From sequence record NC_054924.1: 64,000 nucleotides of DNA. The stretch is one strand, 5' to 3'. This document shows positions 20,746-32,219 of the stretch, in pieces. How positions within the stretch are numbered: the stretch's first letter is position 1; every line of letters starts with the position of its first letter. This DNA is from Escherichia phage vB_EcoM_Lutter. Both the position numbers and the translations under genes were made by a program. The notes beneath the pieces are model-generated. The model ran no database searches, had not been told where the DNA came from, and worked only from the letters and a program-made list of their open reading frames with translations.

Positions 20746-21584
20746 TAGAATGCTCCTTGGAAAATATTATCACCACAAGTAGGTCTATTATACAAATACT
20801 CTATACCGCCGGGTTTAATATAGTTCCATGTCTGAAACGGATGTGTCTGATATGGATGATATAGATGATTATAAGGATTAAATCCAGGAGTTCTCCAGGT
20901 AGTGTTCCAACGAAAAGAATCGTTTTTAATCATCTTTTCAATTACATCTTTTATAGCTTTTTCACTATCAAAACTTTCTTTATTTTCCTTTGGTGAAAAA
21001 AGCTTATTCTCTACATCGTTCCATGTATAAACTCGCTGAGCAGTTTTTGGAATACTGTCACGTTCCCCTCGAGCCATCCAATAAACAGGAACACTTAATA
21101 TTTCACTCGCGTGATCGCAGTGGTGAGCGAGATCGTCAATATAACAAATTACGTTATATTTCTCTTTTGCCTTTTTGAACAACTCTTCTTTTGAAGAATC
21201 ATGACCACACATCAGTACTTCTGAGAAGGCACCAGGAAAAAGAGCATTCAAATTAAATTGACGATTCAGCAGAGCGTCAATAGAATCACCCAGCGCTGTA
21301 ACAGCTACAAAATTATAATCTTCTTTTAATTTGTTAATTACACACAGAGCATCTTTATATGGAGACAAGTAACGAATAAAATCTGAACGATTGTATTTTT
21401 CAATTAACTTGACACCAAGTTCTTCATCACAATTAAAAAGTTTACCAGGAGAAATAAATTTTTCATCTTGGATCATTTTTAAAATATGTTCCAACGGAAG
21501 ATTATATTTCTGAGCAAAATAAGGAAGGCCTGATTGCCAGCTTAAACACACTCCATCAATATCAGTTAAAATAGTAGGCTTCAT
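20745..21584 (-). CDS. Putative HAD-superfamily hydrolase-like protein (30.2-like)
   Basis: 279 aa; N-terminal ILTDIDGV resembles HAD motif I (DxDG). Confidence 0.5.
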   Translation of the reverse strand: MKPTILTDIDGVCLSWQSGLPYFAQKYNLPLEHILKMIQDEKFISPGKLFNCDEELGVKLIEKYNRSDFIRYLSPYKDALCVINKLKEDYNFVAVTALGDSIDALLNRQFNLNALFPGAFSEVLMCGHDSSKEELFKKAKEKYNVICYIDDLAHHCDHASEILSVPVYWMARGERDSIPKTAQRVYTWNDVENKLFSPKENKESFDSEKAIKDVIEKMIKNDSFRWNTTWRTPGFNPYNHLYHPYQTHPFQTWNYIKPGGIEYLYNRPTCGDNIFQGAF

Positions 21585-22045
21585 AGAGAGTCTCTTAATA
21601 GGTTTAACACATCAATAAATTCAGCTTCGGTTAGTATTGTATCATCTTTTGTTAGACCACTAGCCATGCTGTGCTTCAAAACTTTTCCTTTCGAGGCTTG
21701 TAATGCATCACGAAAGCCCTTGTTTTGGATCGCTGCTTCAAAATATGCATTTGTGTATAATTCTTTCCACGCCGGGGAGTATCTTGAAAATGGAACTCCA
21801 AGCCAGAAGAGGGTTCCACGGTCCTGAGCTCTTGCATAAGACCTTCCAGCTTGTTGGGCGGCAAGCCCGGATAACCCAAATATACGACGTTGTTGTTCAA
21901 CGTTTTTCACCTTGCATCCTTGGAGGAATCCTTCAAGACCTCCAAATTGAATACCATCCATAACGAAAGGCCATTGGGCGAAATTACTTAATGCACATGA
22001 TGGCCACCTAAAATTGCTTCTAATCTCTAACTCAGACATTTTCAA
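21581..22045 (-). CDS. YbiA/NADAR-like (DUF1768-like) protein (30.3-like)
   Basis: 154 aa; segment LSNFAQWPFVMDGIQF...EGFLQGCKV resembles the YbiA/NADAR core as I recall it. Confidence 0.5.
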   Translation of the reverse strand: MKMSELEIRSNFRWPSCALSNFAQWPFVMDGIQFGGLEGFLQGCKVKNVEQQRRIFGLSGLAAQQAGRSYARAQDRGTLFWLGVPFSRYSPAWKELYTNAYFEAAIQNKGFRDALQASKGKVLKHSMASGLTKDDTILTEAEFIDVLNLLRDSL

Positions 22046-22238
22046 TGCTTATAATTTCAACATCAGCCCAATGACCATAGCAAGGAAGACGAAATTCAAC
22101 TGGCCAGTTAGGGTCCTTTTCTAATATAATAGACTCAACTCGTGGTTCTTCACGTTCATCAGTATATGGATTTTTATCTGTTACTTTATATGTGACCTTA
22201 ATGTACTGAATTCCAAAAATCTTATTAATTATATTCAT
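22032..22238 (-). CDS. Hypothetical protein
   Basis: 68 aa ORF in the packed early cluster. Confidence 0.45.
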   Translation of the reverse strand: MNIINKIFGIQYIKVTYKVTDKNPYTDEREEPRVESIILEKDPNWPVEFRLPCYGHWADVEIISIENV

Positions 22239-22432
22239 ACTAATTCCTTTAATCCGTAGATAGGAGATAATTCATCACCCATACGAAGGTCTTCATTTCC
22301 ATCTACCCAGGAAACAATATAAGCCTCTTTTATTTGAATACCACTCCATTTAAATGGAGGTAGAACCTTAGAAATTAATCCAGGTATACCAACTCCCTTT
22401 AATTCAACAGTTTGACCTAAAAAGAACTTCAT
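22235..22432 (-). CDS. Hypothetical protein
   Basis: 65 aa ORF, overlapping stop/start. Confidence 0.45.
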   Translation of the reverse strand: MKFFLGQTVELKGVGIPGLISKVLPPFKWSGIQIKEAYIVSWVDGNEDLRMGDELSPIYGLKELV

Positions 22433-22480
22433 TAGAACCTCATCTGAAAACCGTGCGATTTAACATTACCGCCGCCAATA

Positions 22481-22720
22481 TCAAGAGATATTAATTTCGC
22501 GCGCAATTGAAGGGTCAATGTCAATTTCGCGATTGAGTTTAGTGATAGCTAAAGTATCACGCCCATTTACAGTACGGAACTCTAAAGGACAAACCACATC
22601 AACGTAGTTTTTAATCGATTCGCTAGTAGGCTGCAAATGAGCAGGAAGGTCTTTAGGCGCCTTTGAGAAAACCACTTCACAGAAATTTTTGCGGGTATCA
22701 AAATAAGTAGTCATAAACAT
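22481..22720 (-). CDS. Hypothetical protein
   Basis: 79 aa ORF with GAGGAAAA RBS; a GC hairpin sits just upstream in the leader. Confidence 0.5.
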   Translation of the reverse strand: MFMTTYFDTRKNFCEVVFSKAPKDLPAHLQPTSESIKNYVDVVCPLEFRTVNGRDTLAITKLNREIDIDPSIAREINIS

Positions 22721-22761
22721 AGTATTTTCCTCAGTAAGGGGCCGAAGCCCCTCATTTTATT

Positions 22762-23139
22762 TTAAATATCAAATTCGTTAAGAACTACATCAAAGATTGC
22801 TTCCAAGTGCTCAGGTTTAGCTTTGTTACTCAGAATATGACGAATCCAAGTTTTAACTAAGAGTTTACGATTAGCACCATTCCAGCAAGGATGAGTCCCT
22901 AAATCACGTTGACGGAAATCATCATCCAGAGCGATTTTAAAGTTGGAACCTTCCATCGTGATTGAAACCGTGATACCGTTTTCAAATCGCATATAAACGT
23001 AGTTAGGAGTCATATACTGTTCGATTTCGCATACTGATCCATTTTGATGTTTCCAAAGGCAGATGGTATCAATAGAACCTGCAATACCATTAGAAACATA
23101 TTTACGTTCAAAGTTAATGTAGTTCATTTTATTCTCCAA
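22762..23139 (-). CDS. Hypothetical protein
   Basis: 125 aa ORF preceded by an early promoter. Confidence 0.55.
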   Translation of the reverse strand: MENKMNYINFERKYVSNGIAGSIDTICLWKHQNGSVCEIEQYMTPNYVYMRFENGITVSITMEGSNFKIALDDDFRQRDLGTHPCWNGANRKLLVKTWIRHILSNKAKPEHLEAIFDVVLNEFDI

Positions 23140-23163
23140 GATGTTTAATTGCGGTACAGGTAT

Positions 23164-23192
23164 ATAATATCATGTCCTGTACCAAAGTAAAC
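23164..23192 (-). promoter_or_regulatory. Early promoter (GTTTAC ... TATTAT)
   Basis: -35 and -10 hexamers on the minus strand. Confidence 0.55.
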
Positions 23193-23194
23193 AA

Positions 23195-23527
23195 TTATTT
23201 TACTACTTTCCAATGCTGCATGTCAAGTTTACCAACTTTTTTCATCTTCTCAATTAAGCGTTCGGCACGTTGGCGAGCTGTAACATAATACCATTCACCT
23301 AATTCATTTTGTTCAATTTTTCCAACGATTACTGTATTCAATTCATAAATCCAACCAGTAAAGAAATTATGAACTTGAATTGTAAAGGTGAAATCTGTTC
23401 CCATACCTTCTGTTGTTTCTACTTCAATGATATCACCTTCAACTGCCATTAAGAACCACATAGTTTCATCATATTTACCATTGAAGCATTTAGTTTTAAC
23501 TGTAGCGTTCAGATTAATCGTTTTCAT
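23195..23527 (-). CDS. Hypothetical protein
   Basis: 110 aa ORF preceded by an early promoter. Confidence 0.55.
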   Translation of the reverse strand: MKTINLNATVKTKCFNGKYDETMWFLMAVEGDIIEVETTEGMGTDFTFTIQVHNFFTGWIYELNTVIVGKIEQNELGEWYYVTARQRAERLIEKMKKVGKLDMQHWKVVK

Positions 23528-23554
23528 TTTATTCTCCTTTGTTTGTGTAAGATA

Positions 23555-23584
23555 ATACTATCACAAAGGAACCATACTGTAAAC
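23555..23584 (-). promoter_or_regulatory. Early promoter (GTTTAC ... TAGTAT)
   Basis: -35 and -10 hexamers on the minus strand. Confidence 0.5.
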
Positions 23585-23601
23585 AACTTTATGCAATCTT
23601 T

Positions 23602-23633
23602 GGAAAATAAAAAAGGACTCCCGAAGGAGTCCT
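23602..23633 (-). terminator. Rho-independent terminator
   Basis: aggactcccgaaggagtcct hairpin followed on the minus strand by TTTTTATTTT. Confidence 0.7.
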
Positions 23634-23637
23634 CAAC

Positions 23638-23814
23638 TTATGCTTTCTGCTTACCAAAACGAGAAGCATCATCTCGAAGAACCGCACGTGCTCGGCGCAT
23701 GATCTTCTCAACAGTTTGATTGATACGAGAGTTCGACCCACGCTTGTAGCCAGCGCGTTTAGAATCACCAACTTTCTTTTCAACTGCTTTCTTTGCTTTA
23801 GCTTGTTTTGCCAT
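23638..23814 (-). CDS. Small highly basic protein (58 aa)
   Basis: Start at the internal Met (MAKQAKAKKAVEKK...) preceded by AAGAGAG RBS; the longer 72-aa track ORF is rejected as an extension. Confidence 0.5.
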   Translation of the reverse strand: MAKQAKAKKAVEKKVGDSKRAGYKRGSNSRINQTVEKIMRRARAVLRDDASRFGKQKA

Positions 23815-24212
23815 TATAAATTCTCTTTTAAATGAAAATGCAGGACTTATTGGCATTGCCTGCGCAAGCCCTCAAGGGGAACATAGGTTTTTGGATATTT
23901 AACGACCAGGATAACCATAAACCCGTCATCATACCTTATAGCTCTTATCTGTTGCACACCGTTAGCTTAAAGGTTCCGGGTTCGATTTCTCGAGGATAAG
24001 ATATATACTGATGGATATATAGGCCTTGAGGCGTACTCCCGATTGGCCATCACCTCGGGGTAGCATGCACTTGCCGCTATAAGAATAACATTCAAGAGGT
24101 ACACCGTAAAACTGCCGGGGTCTTAAAACTATAATGATTCGCAAATCATTAATCAGACAGTTCGACGGCTCCTCGATTTTAGCTCACACTAAGGCAGTGA
24201 ATCTCCAGTAAA

Positions 24213-24461
24213 TTACTTCAGTGTTACCACAAAGTGACGAACTGCTTTTCGTGCAGCAGAAGCCAAAGGCTTAGCATATTTAAGTTCATCTTTTTCCTGA
24301 AGCTCAGCAGCTAATGCAGTTTGAGCAGGATTCAGATGTTTGAAATAACGCAGGATTTCAAGAGCTTCGGCTTCAACATCAATAGATGCGCCATAGTTTT
24401 CGTGACCATTATTCCATGCGTTTCGTTGCAGTTCAAGAGCGTGTTGTAATTGTTTAATCAT
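24213..24461 (-). CDS. rIII: Probable RIII lysis-inhibition accessory protein
   Basis: 82 aa, matching the T4 RIII length; immediately downstream of gene 31 as in T4. Confidence 0.6.
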   Translation of the reverse strand: MIKQLQHALELQRNAWNNGHENYGASIDVEAEALEILRYFKHLNPAQTALAAELQEKDELKYAKPLASAARKAVRHFVVTLK

Positions 24462-24608
24462 TTAAAAATTCTCGTTAGAGATTAAAACTCGGTAGTCACG
24501 TTCTTCTGAATTTCATCTTCTTTCGACAGATCTCTCAGTTGTAGACTACCACATAGAATTGTTCGGTTAACTTATTATTCCGACACCCAATTCATATTAT
24601 TATTTATA

Positions 24609-24944
24609 TCACTTATAAAGACACGGAATAGCTTTATAGTGACAGGTAACAAATTTTTGTTTAATTTCTTTTGGCTGCTTAAGACCCAGAGCTACAAAAG
24701 GATGCGGAACATTTCGAATTTGACCAACTGGGAGAGAAGTCAAATCACCAACTTCGCAGAAACCTTCAGGAACATCAGGACCGACAGAGTGAATTACACA
24801 CAGTTCAGGAACTTCACCTTGAACACGTTTACCGATAATAAGTCCTGATTCTGTAACTTCTTCATCACCGGCTTGTGCAGGTTCAGAAACTAAAATAACA
24901 TATTCACCGACAGCACGAATTGGTAGCTGTTGTACTTCAGACAT
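24609..24944 (-). CDS. 31: Co-chaperonin gp31 (GroES analogue)
   Basis: 111 aa; sequence and position. Confidence 0.85.
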   Translation of the reverse strand: MSEVQQLPIRAVGEYVILVSEPAQAGDEEVTESGLIIGKRVQGEVPELCVIHSVGPDVPEGFCEVGDLTSLPVGQIRNVPHPFVALGLKQPKEIKQKFVTCHYKAIPCLYK

Positions 24945-25000
24945 CGTTTTTCCTTTTTGTTAACAGATGAGTTAATAATAACAAATAATTCTTAAAGCAT

Positions 25001-25309
25001 TTATTTACCAATAAATTGAAGCAAATGCTCAACTTTCATACCATTAACAGAAATCAATTTGTCAATAGAAAAACCTCGCCATGCACCGAGCTCAACATCA
25101 AATACTGGAATCATATCCGTAGATTCTTTCCGAGTAGATTCAGTCAATTTACCGGTTTGCATGGTTGGCATAAAGTCTGCATCACGAGTACCTTTCATAG
25201 TACGAATAGTACCATCAGACTTTTCAAAAACTACGTTTGAAACACCCATGGACAATTTAGTTTTCAAAATTTCACGAATTGCTACTTTCTGCTCAGTTGT
25301 TAGTTTCAT
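25001..25309 (-). CDS. Hypothetical protein
   Basis: 102 aa ORF between cd and 31. Confidence 0.5.
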   Translation of the reverse strand: MKLTTEQKVAIREILKTKLSMGVSNVVFEKSDGTIRTMKGTRDADFMPTMQTGKLTESTRKESTDMIPVFDVELGAWRGFSIDKLISVNGMKVEHLLQFIGK

Positions 25310-25546
25310 TTATTTACCTATCACAGTTTTAATATGAGTTGTTCCACGTTCTTTAAGGGTGGAAAGTAATTTTTGGCATTTTTCTAAATCAGATTTCCAA
25401 CTATATGGTCTATCAATACTAGTCCAATCAGTTTTATAATACTGTTTCCATTTAGAGAAAAAATATTTCTTATACTCTACAGCAAATGAGATGTTCTCGT
25501 TAGAATAAGAACTAATTGCTGTGAGCTTTACCAAACGAAATTTCAT
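25310..25546 (-). CDS. Hypothetical protein
   Basis: 78 aa ORF. Confidence 0.45.
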   Translation of the reverse strand: MKFRLVKLTAISSYSNENISFAVEYKKYFFSKWKQYYKTDWTSIDRPYSWKSDLEKCQKLLSTLKERGTTHIKTVIGK

Positions 25547-26127
25547 TATTCACCGCAGAATTCGTTGATATTTTCCCAGTTTAACTTATTCAAGTTTTTC
25601 TTAGGAACATTAAACACTTCAATACCTGCATTTCGCAGAATATCATCCCAACCAGGTTTATTTTTGTCGTATGTTTCACAATAAACCAGCTTTTTAATAC
25701 CAGATTGAGCTATCGCTTTTGCGCAATCTGGGCAAGGAGAAAGTGTTACATACATAGTAGCACCTTCAATAGAAGAACCATTTCGTGCAGCAAACAAAAT
25801 TGCATTTAGTTCAGCATGAATTTCATTTTTAGATGACCATTCCGAGTGAGCACTACGATGTTCTTTCGCCAAAACAAAACGATCAGTTGAACCAAATGAT
25901 ACGCATTCAGGCTTATGACCTTGAATGATAGTATGTTTAGGCTTATTCAGCAACCAACCTTGCTCAGCAGCATAATCGCAGCAATTCACACCCCCGGCAG
26001 GTGAACCATTATATCCGGTAGAAATAATACGTCCATTCTTTTCAATTACCGCTCCTACCTTCCAGGAGCAACATTTTGATTCTTGTGATACTAAATATGC
26101 AATTTGAAGTACTGTACTCGCTTTCAT
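25546..26127 (-). CDS. cd: dCMP deaminase
   Basis: 193 aa; cytidine/deoxycytidylate deaminase zinc motifs (HAE...PCxxC). Confidence 0.9.
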   Translation of the reverse strand: MKASTVLQIAYLVSQESKCCSWKVGAVIEKNGRIISTGYNGSPAGGVNCCDYAAEQGWLLNKPKHTIIQGHKPECVSFGSTDRFVLAKEHRSAHSEWSSKNEIHAELNAILFAARNGSSIEGATMYVTLSPCPDCAKAIAQSGIKKLVYCETYDKNKPGWDDILRNAGIEVFNVPKKNLNKLNWENINEFCGE

Positions 26128-26462
26128 TTCATAATCACCAGATAAGCAGATTTAGCAGTTTCAACACGATAAATTTCGTGACGAAGTTTAGTTATACTTT
26201 TAATAACAGAACTAATTATATTCTGCCCATCTTTAAAGCGGTTTTTCTTATCAATAAAAATTGCACCAACCATCTTTTTGTGAAGCTCAACTGGATACTT
26301 CGTCACAATAATAGCATCATATACAGAAGGATGAATACTATTTACTAGAGTGTCATTCATTAAAGTTATTCTAATGAACTGTGCTGTTTCAGAGTCAAGC
26401 GCTCTATGATCGCCAGTATCATTTTCAAGACAATTATCAATTATATCAGTTAAATTCATCAT
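26124..26462 (-). CDS. Hypothetical protein (cd.x series)
   Basis: 112 aa ORF. Confidence 0.5.
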   Translation of the reverse strand: MMNLTDIIDNCLENDTGDHRALDSETAQFIRITLMNDTLVNSIHPSVYDAIIVTKYPVELHKKMVGAIFIDKKNRFKDGQNIISSVIKSITKLRHEIYRVETAKSAYLVIMK

Positions 26463-26695
26463 AGTACGCCATACACCCTTTGTGCTTCAACTAATCCATC
26501 AAAATCCAGTTTAAGATGCGATATTTGATCGCCATCGCCTGGATTCACAATTACTAATACTGAACGAGGAGTTTCGGTAATAACACGAACCGATGTTTCA
26601 GGAAATCGTTCAGAAACCTTATTTACCAATTCCTGAGCAAATAGTTTAACTTTTTCTTGGAATTCTTTAACAGTAATTGGTTTTTCACTTAGCAT
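26459..26695 (-). CDS. Hypothetical protein
   Basis: 78 aa ORF. Confidence 0.45.
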   Translation of the reverse strand: MLSEKPITVKEFQEKVKLFAQELVNKVSERFPETSVRVITETPRSVLVIVNPGDGDQISHLKLDFDGLVEAQRVYGVL

Positions 26696-27216
26696 GTTGA
26701 TCCCAGCTCCTTACTTTCAACGTTTTTAACTAATTTGACAGAAACTAATTCAGCATCTTGAGTAATCATTACCGGGCCTTCTTCATACTCTTCAAGATAT
26801 TCTAGAGCTTTCTTTTTAGCTTCTTCCTTCGTATCAGTTTGAGCATAGATATAAAACATACAACCAGTAATACCTACTACTTTCCACTTAATTTCTTTAT
26901 CAGTTTTAATTTCAAATTTACTGACAGAATCATCTTTTTGAACTTCTTCGAAAAAAGAATATTCTAACATATAAGCAATTGAAAATAACGGGCTAACTTT
27001 ATAAGATTCGCCCATTACATCAACAGCTTTATACCAACAATCATCAATTTCGCGTTTAATGCTAATAACATTTTTCGCAGGATCTATTTTTACTTTAAAT
27101 GAATTTTCCCCAATAAACTGGGCAATTCGTTTATTAGCCCCGCAAGTTTCATTAAAAATATCTTTATATCCAGCTTTAAAGCGATAAACCTTATCTTCTT
27201 CAAACCATTCGCTCAT
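26689..27216 (-). CDS. Hypothetical protein
   Basis: 175 aa ORF preceded by an early promoter-like GTTTAC/TATTAT pair. Confidence 0.55.
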   Translation of the reverse strand: MSEWFEEDKVYRFKAGYKDIFNETCGANKRIAQFIGENSFKVKIDPAKNVISIKREIDDCWYKAVDVMGESYKVSPLFSIAYMLEYSFFEEVQKDDSVSKFEIKTDKEIKWKVVGITGCMFYIYAQTDTKEEAKKKALEYLEEYEEGPVMITQDAELVSVKLVKNVESKELGSTC

Positions 27217-27278
27217 TTCAATTTCCTCATTTGTTTTGGTAGAGCTATAATATCACAACTCTACCGTAAAGTAAACTA

Positions 27279-27584
27279 TTAAATTGCTTTGAATTCTGAT
27301 GTCTGTGATTCAAAGCGAATATCGCCTTTGATGACTAGCTCAGCATCAAGACCGAATACAACAATGATATGCGCTGAACCTGGATACAACGTGATGGCAA
27401 CAGAATCCACCTGGTCTGGAAGCAAAGTATTCAATACATGAGTCACTTGAGCGTGGATTCGAAGTTCAGCTGCATTATCAAGCTTTTCAAACATGTTATT
27501 AGCGATAATTTGGCTAAACACTACTTCTACGATTTTAGAGTAAGTCGGAAACATATTTACCTCACATAATTTTCTTCGAGCCAA
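27279..27584 (-). CDS. Hypothetical protein
   Basis: 101 aa ORF. Confidence 0.45.
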   Translation of the reverse strand: MARRKLCEVNMFPTYSKIVEVVFSQIIANNMFEKLDNAAELRIHAQVTHVLNTLLPDQVDSVAITLYPGSAHIIVVFGLDAELVIKGDIRFESQTSEFKAI

Positions 27585-27757
27585 TCAATAACATCCAAAG
27601 CGTTATCAAAAGTTGAACCATCTACTTTGTCTTCTGTTTCATAATCAAGAACATCTAGGCCTACTCTTCCGTCAACAATAGGCCATAAACAAAATAGATA
27701 TTTCTTTTCTTTTTCAATTTTATCACAAAGACGATAAATCTTTTCTATATTATTCAT
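27557..27757 (-). CDS. Hypothetical protein
   Basis: 66 aa ORF. Confidence 0.4.
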   Translation of the reverse strand: MNNIEKIYRLCDKIEKEKKYLFCLWPIVDGRVGLDVLDYETEDKVDGSTFDNALDVIDWLEENYVR

Positions 27758-27946
27758 AAGTTTTCCATGGTAAAGGCAGTTTAGTTTTCTTTACTGTTAG
27801 TTCAATATCAGGATTCTTTTCTCTTAATTTAAGGCATTCCTCCCAAGCTCTGATTTCACTAGTGAATACACAAAATTGCCCATTACTAGTACCAACTAAA
27901 CCACTATTTACAATAACAATAGACCAAGTTTCATGATGCCACGCCA

Positions 27947-27947
<1 letters not shown>
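27750..27947 (-). CDS. Hypothetical protein
   Basis: 65 aa ORF. Confidence 0.4.
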
Positions 27948-29172
<1,225 letters not shown>

Positions 29173-29175
29173 TTA

Positions 29176-29406
29176 TTATTTCTCAACCAATGATTGAATA
29201 TAATCATGCAGGTCTTTAGATGCTTTACCCCACTTATTTTGGTATTCATTTTTAAGATTAGCCCGAGATTGAGCTAATAAAACATCATTAGTTGGAGGTA
29301 AAGATTCTAACCGTTGAATCTGGCGTCCATAAATCATTGCAGCCATCTCGGATTCATAAATCAATCCTTTGAGATGTTCAAATTGATGCCATGAAATCAT
29401 TTGCAT
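29176..29406 (-). CDS. Hypothetical protein
   Basis: 76 aa ORF. Confidence 0.45.
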   Translation of the reverse strand: MQMISWHQFEHLKGLIYESEMAAMIYGRQIQRLESLPPTNDVLLAQSRANLKNEYQNKWGKASKDLHDYIQSLVEK

Positions 29407-29696
29407 TTATCCTCTTTTAGCTCTTGACGATAATAACATATCATAGTTTTTTGGTCATGTACATATCGTTTTACATCATTAAGCCAAATACGAAATTCCT
29501 GGGAATCTTCAAATGGCATACCGACCCAAGCTTTACCATCAATAACTTTAACTTGCCAAGATAGTTTAGCTTCATCATATGACTTTATTTGTACAGGCCA
29601 ATTAGGATGAACTGTTTCTTTCTTTACTTCTAGAGGCTTTGTCGAACAACCAACTAGAAGACCAATAGATAATATTACTGCTGATAGTTTAATCAT
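29397..29696 (-). CDS. Outer-membrane spanin lipoprotein (o-spanin; T4 pseT.2-like)
   Basis: 99 aa; lipoprotein signal with lipobox LLVGC; adjacent to the i-spanin candidate. Confidence 0.7.
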   Translation of the reverse strand: MIKLSAVILSIGLLVGCSTKPLEVKKETVHPNWPVQIKSYDEAKLSWQVKVIDGKAWVGMPFEDSQEFRIWLNDVKRYVHDQKTMICYYRQELKEDKCK

Positions 29697-30046
29697 TTAG
29701 AAAGGTCCTGGATGTCTTCTGCGAACTTGTTGAAGGAGTTGTTGATTTGTTTTTCAACCAATCCTGGCTTATGAGCCACCACATCCGCCTTCTTTGCGTC
29801 TTTGCGCAGTTTTTCATTTTCACGCTCAATAGCAGCAATTGCCTCACGATTTTTATTATTCATCGCATCAATATAATTATACTGAATTCGCAAATTGTTT
29901 AATGCTAAAGCGTTTTCATTGGCCGTTTTTGTAATTTCTACAACAGACGTTTCTAATCTTTCAATTTTATTTTTTAAAATTAAAGAAGTTCCGCCCAATG
30001 CAATTACAATTAATAGCAAACCTGTTGTCGTATTACTTAATTGCAT
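29693..30046 (-). CDS. Inner-membrane spanin (i-spanin; T4 pseT.3-like)
   Basis: 117 aa; N-terminal transmembrane helix followed by a predicted coiled coil; overlaps the o-spanin start. Confidence 0.65.
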   Translation of the reverse strand: MQLSNTTTGLLLIVIALGGTSLILKNKIERLETSVVEITKTANENALALNNLRIQYNYIDAMNNKNREAIAAIERENEKLRKDAKKADVVAHKPGLVEKQINNSFNKFAEDIQDLSK

Positions 30047-30540
30047 AAAGTTTTAATAACCTCTATAATATCGTCTTGAGAAAGACCGTTAATTAAAATA
30101 TGATGTTCCGCCGGAGATTTAGAAATTTTAAAGCATGCCGCAACATCTTCTGCCATATCTGATGCACTACGATTTGGATTACTAATCCCAAGGCGGTGTT
30201 TTCCCGTTAAAGGATTAACGATGATATAGCATTTACAGTTGTTAATATGAACATTAGGTTGAGTCTGATTAATGAACACATCACAATCATATTTCGCAAG
30301 CTGATTTTCTAAAAAGACTTTCATCTCCTCAACCGCATCAGGAAGCATATCACGGGCTTGCTCAAGACGACGATTTCGATATTCTTTAATGGTCGTTTTC
30401 CGCTTGACTTGCTTAGCTAAATCTTTCTTAAGATCGGTGATATATCCAACTCGACGATTTCCTTTGAATACAAAAATCCCATCTGTAGTATCACCGTATG
30501 CTTCAACGACCATTTCAGTAGTAATAAGTTGTAAATCCAT
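30037..30540 (-). CDS. alc: Alc, inhibitor of host transcription on cytosine-containing DNA
   Basis: 167 aa from the second Met; position between the pseT cluster and rnlA. Confidence 0.7.
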   Translation of the reverse strand: MDLQLITTEMVVEAYGDTTDGIFVFKGNRRVGYITDLKKDLAKQVKRKTTIKEYRNRRLEQARDMLPDAVEEMKVFLENQLAKYDCDVFINQTQPNVHINNCKCYIIVNPLTGKHRLGISNPNRSASDMAEDVAACFKISKSPAEHHILINGLSQDDIIEVIKTLCN

Positions 30541-30547
30541 CATAAAG

Positions 30548-30601
30548 TCCTCATGTTATGTCAGTAAGACTACTATAACACAACACGAGGGACTTGTAAA
30601 C
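30548..30601. repeat. 54-bp promoter/leader module, copy 2 (identical to 16271..16324)
   Basis: Exact identity to copy 1. Confidence 0.9.
30572..30601 (-). promoter_or_regulatory. Early promoter (GTTTAC ... TATAGT) upstream of alc
   Basis: Same hexamers as copy 1. Confidence 0.6.
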
Positions 30602-30604
30602 AGC

Positions 30605-32192
<1,588 letters not shown>

Positions 32193-32197
32193 AATAA

Positions 32198-32219
32198 AAT
32201 GGGCCTTGCGGCCCACTCC
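32198..32219 (-). terminator. Hairpin between nrdB and denA
   Basis: gggccttgcggccc hairpin followed on the minus strand by ATTTTATT. Confidence 0.45.

Noticed and set aside
22737-22750. GC hairpin ggggccgaagcccc as a minus-strand terminator
   Set aside because: On the transcribed minus strand it is not followed by a U-run and sits directly in front of the ribosome-binding site of ORF 22481..22720; it is more likely a leader stem-loop or a barrier to antisense transcription than a terminator.
23941-24000. tRNA-like motif ggttccgggttcgatttc
   Set aside because: It superficially resembles a T-arm, but no complementary T-stem, acceptor stem or anticodon arm could be built on either strand.
23962-24144. 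60-aa ORF in the rIII-proximal spacer
   Set aside because: It starts at TTG (the track translates this as M), has no ribosome-binding site, and its frame is full of rare and low-complexity codons; the region is treated as non-coding.
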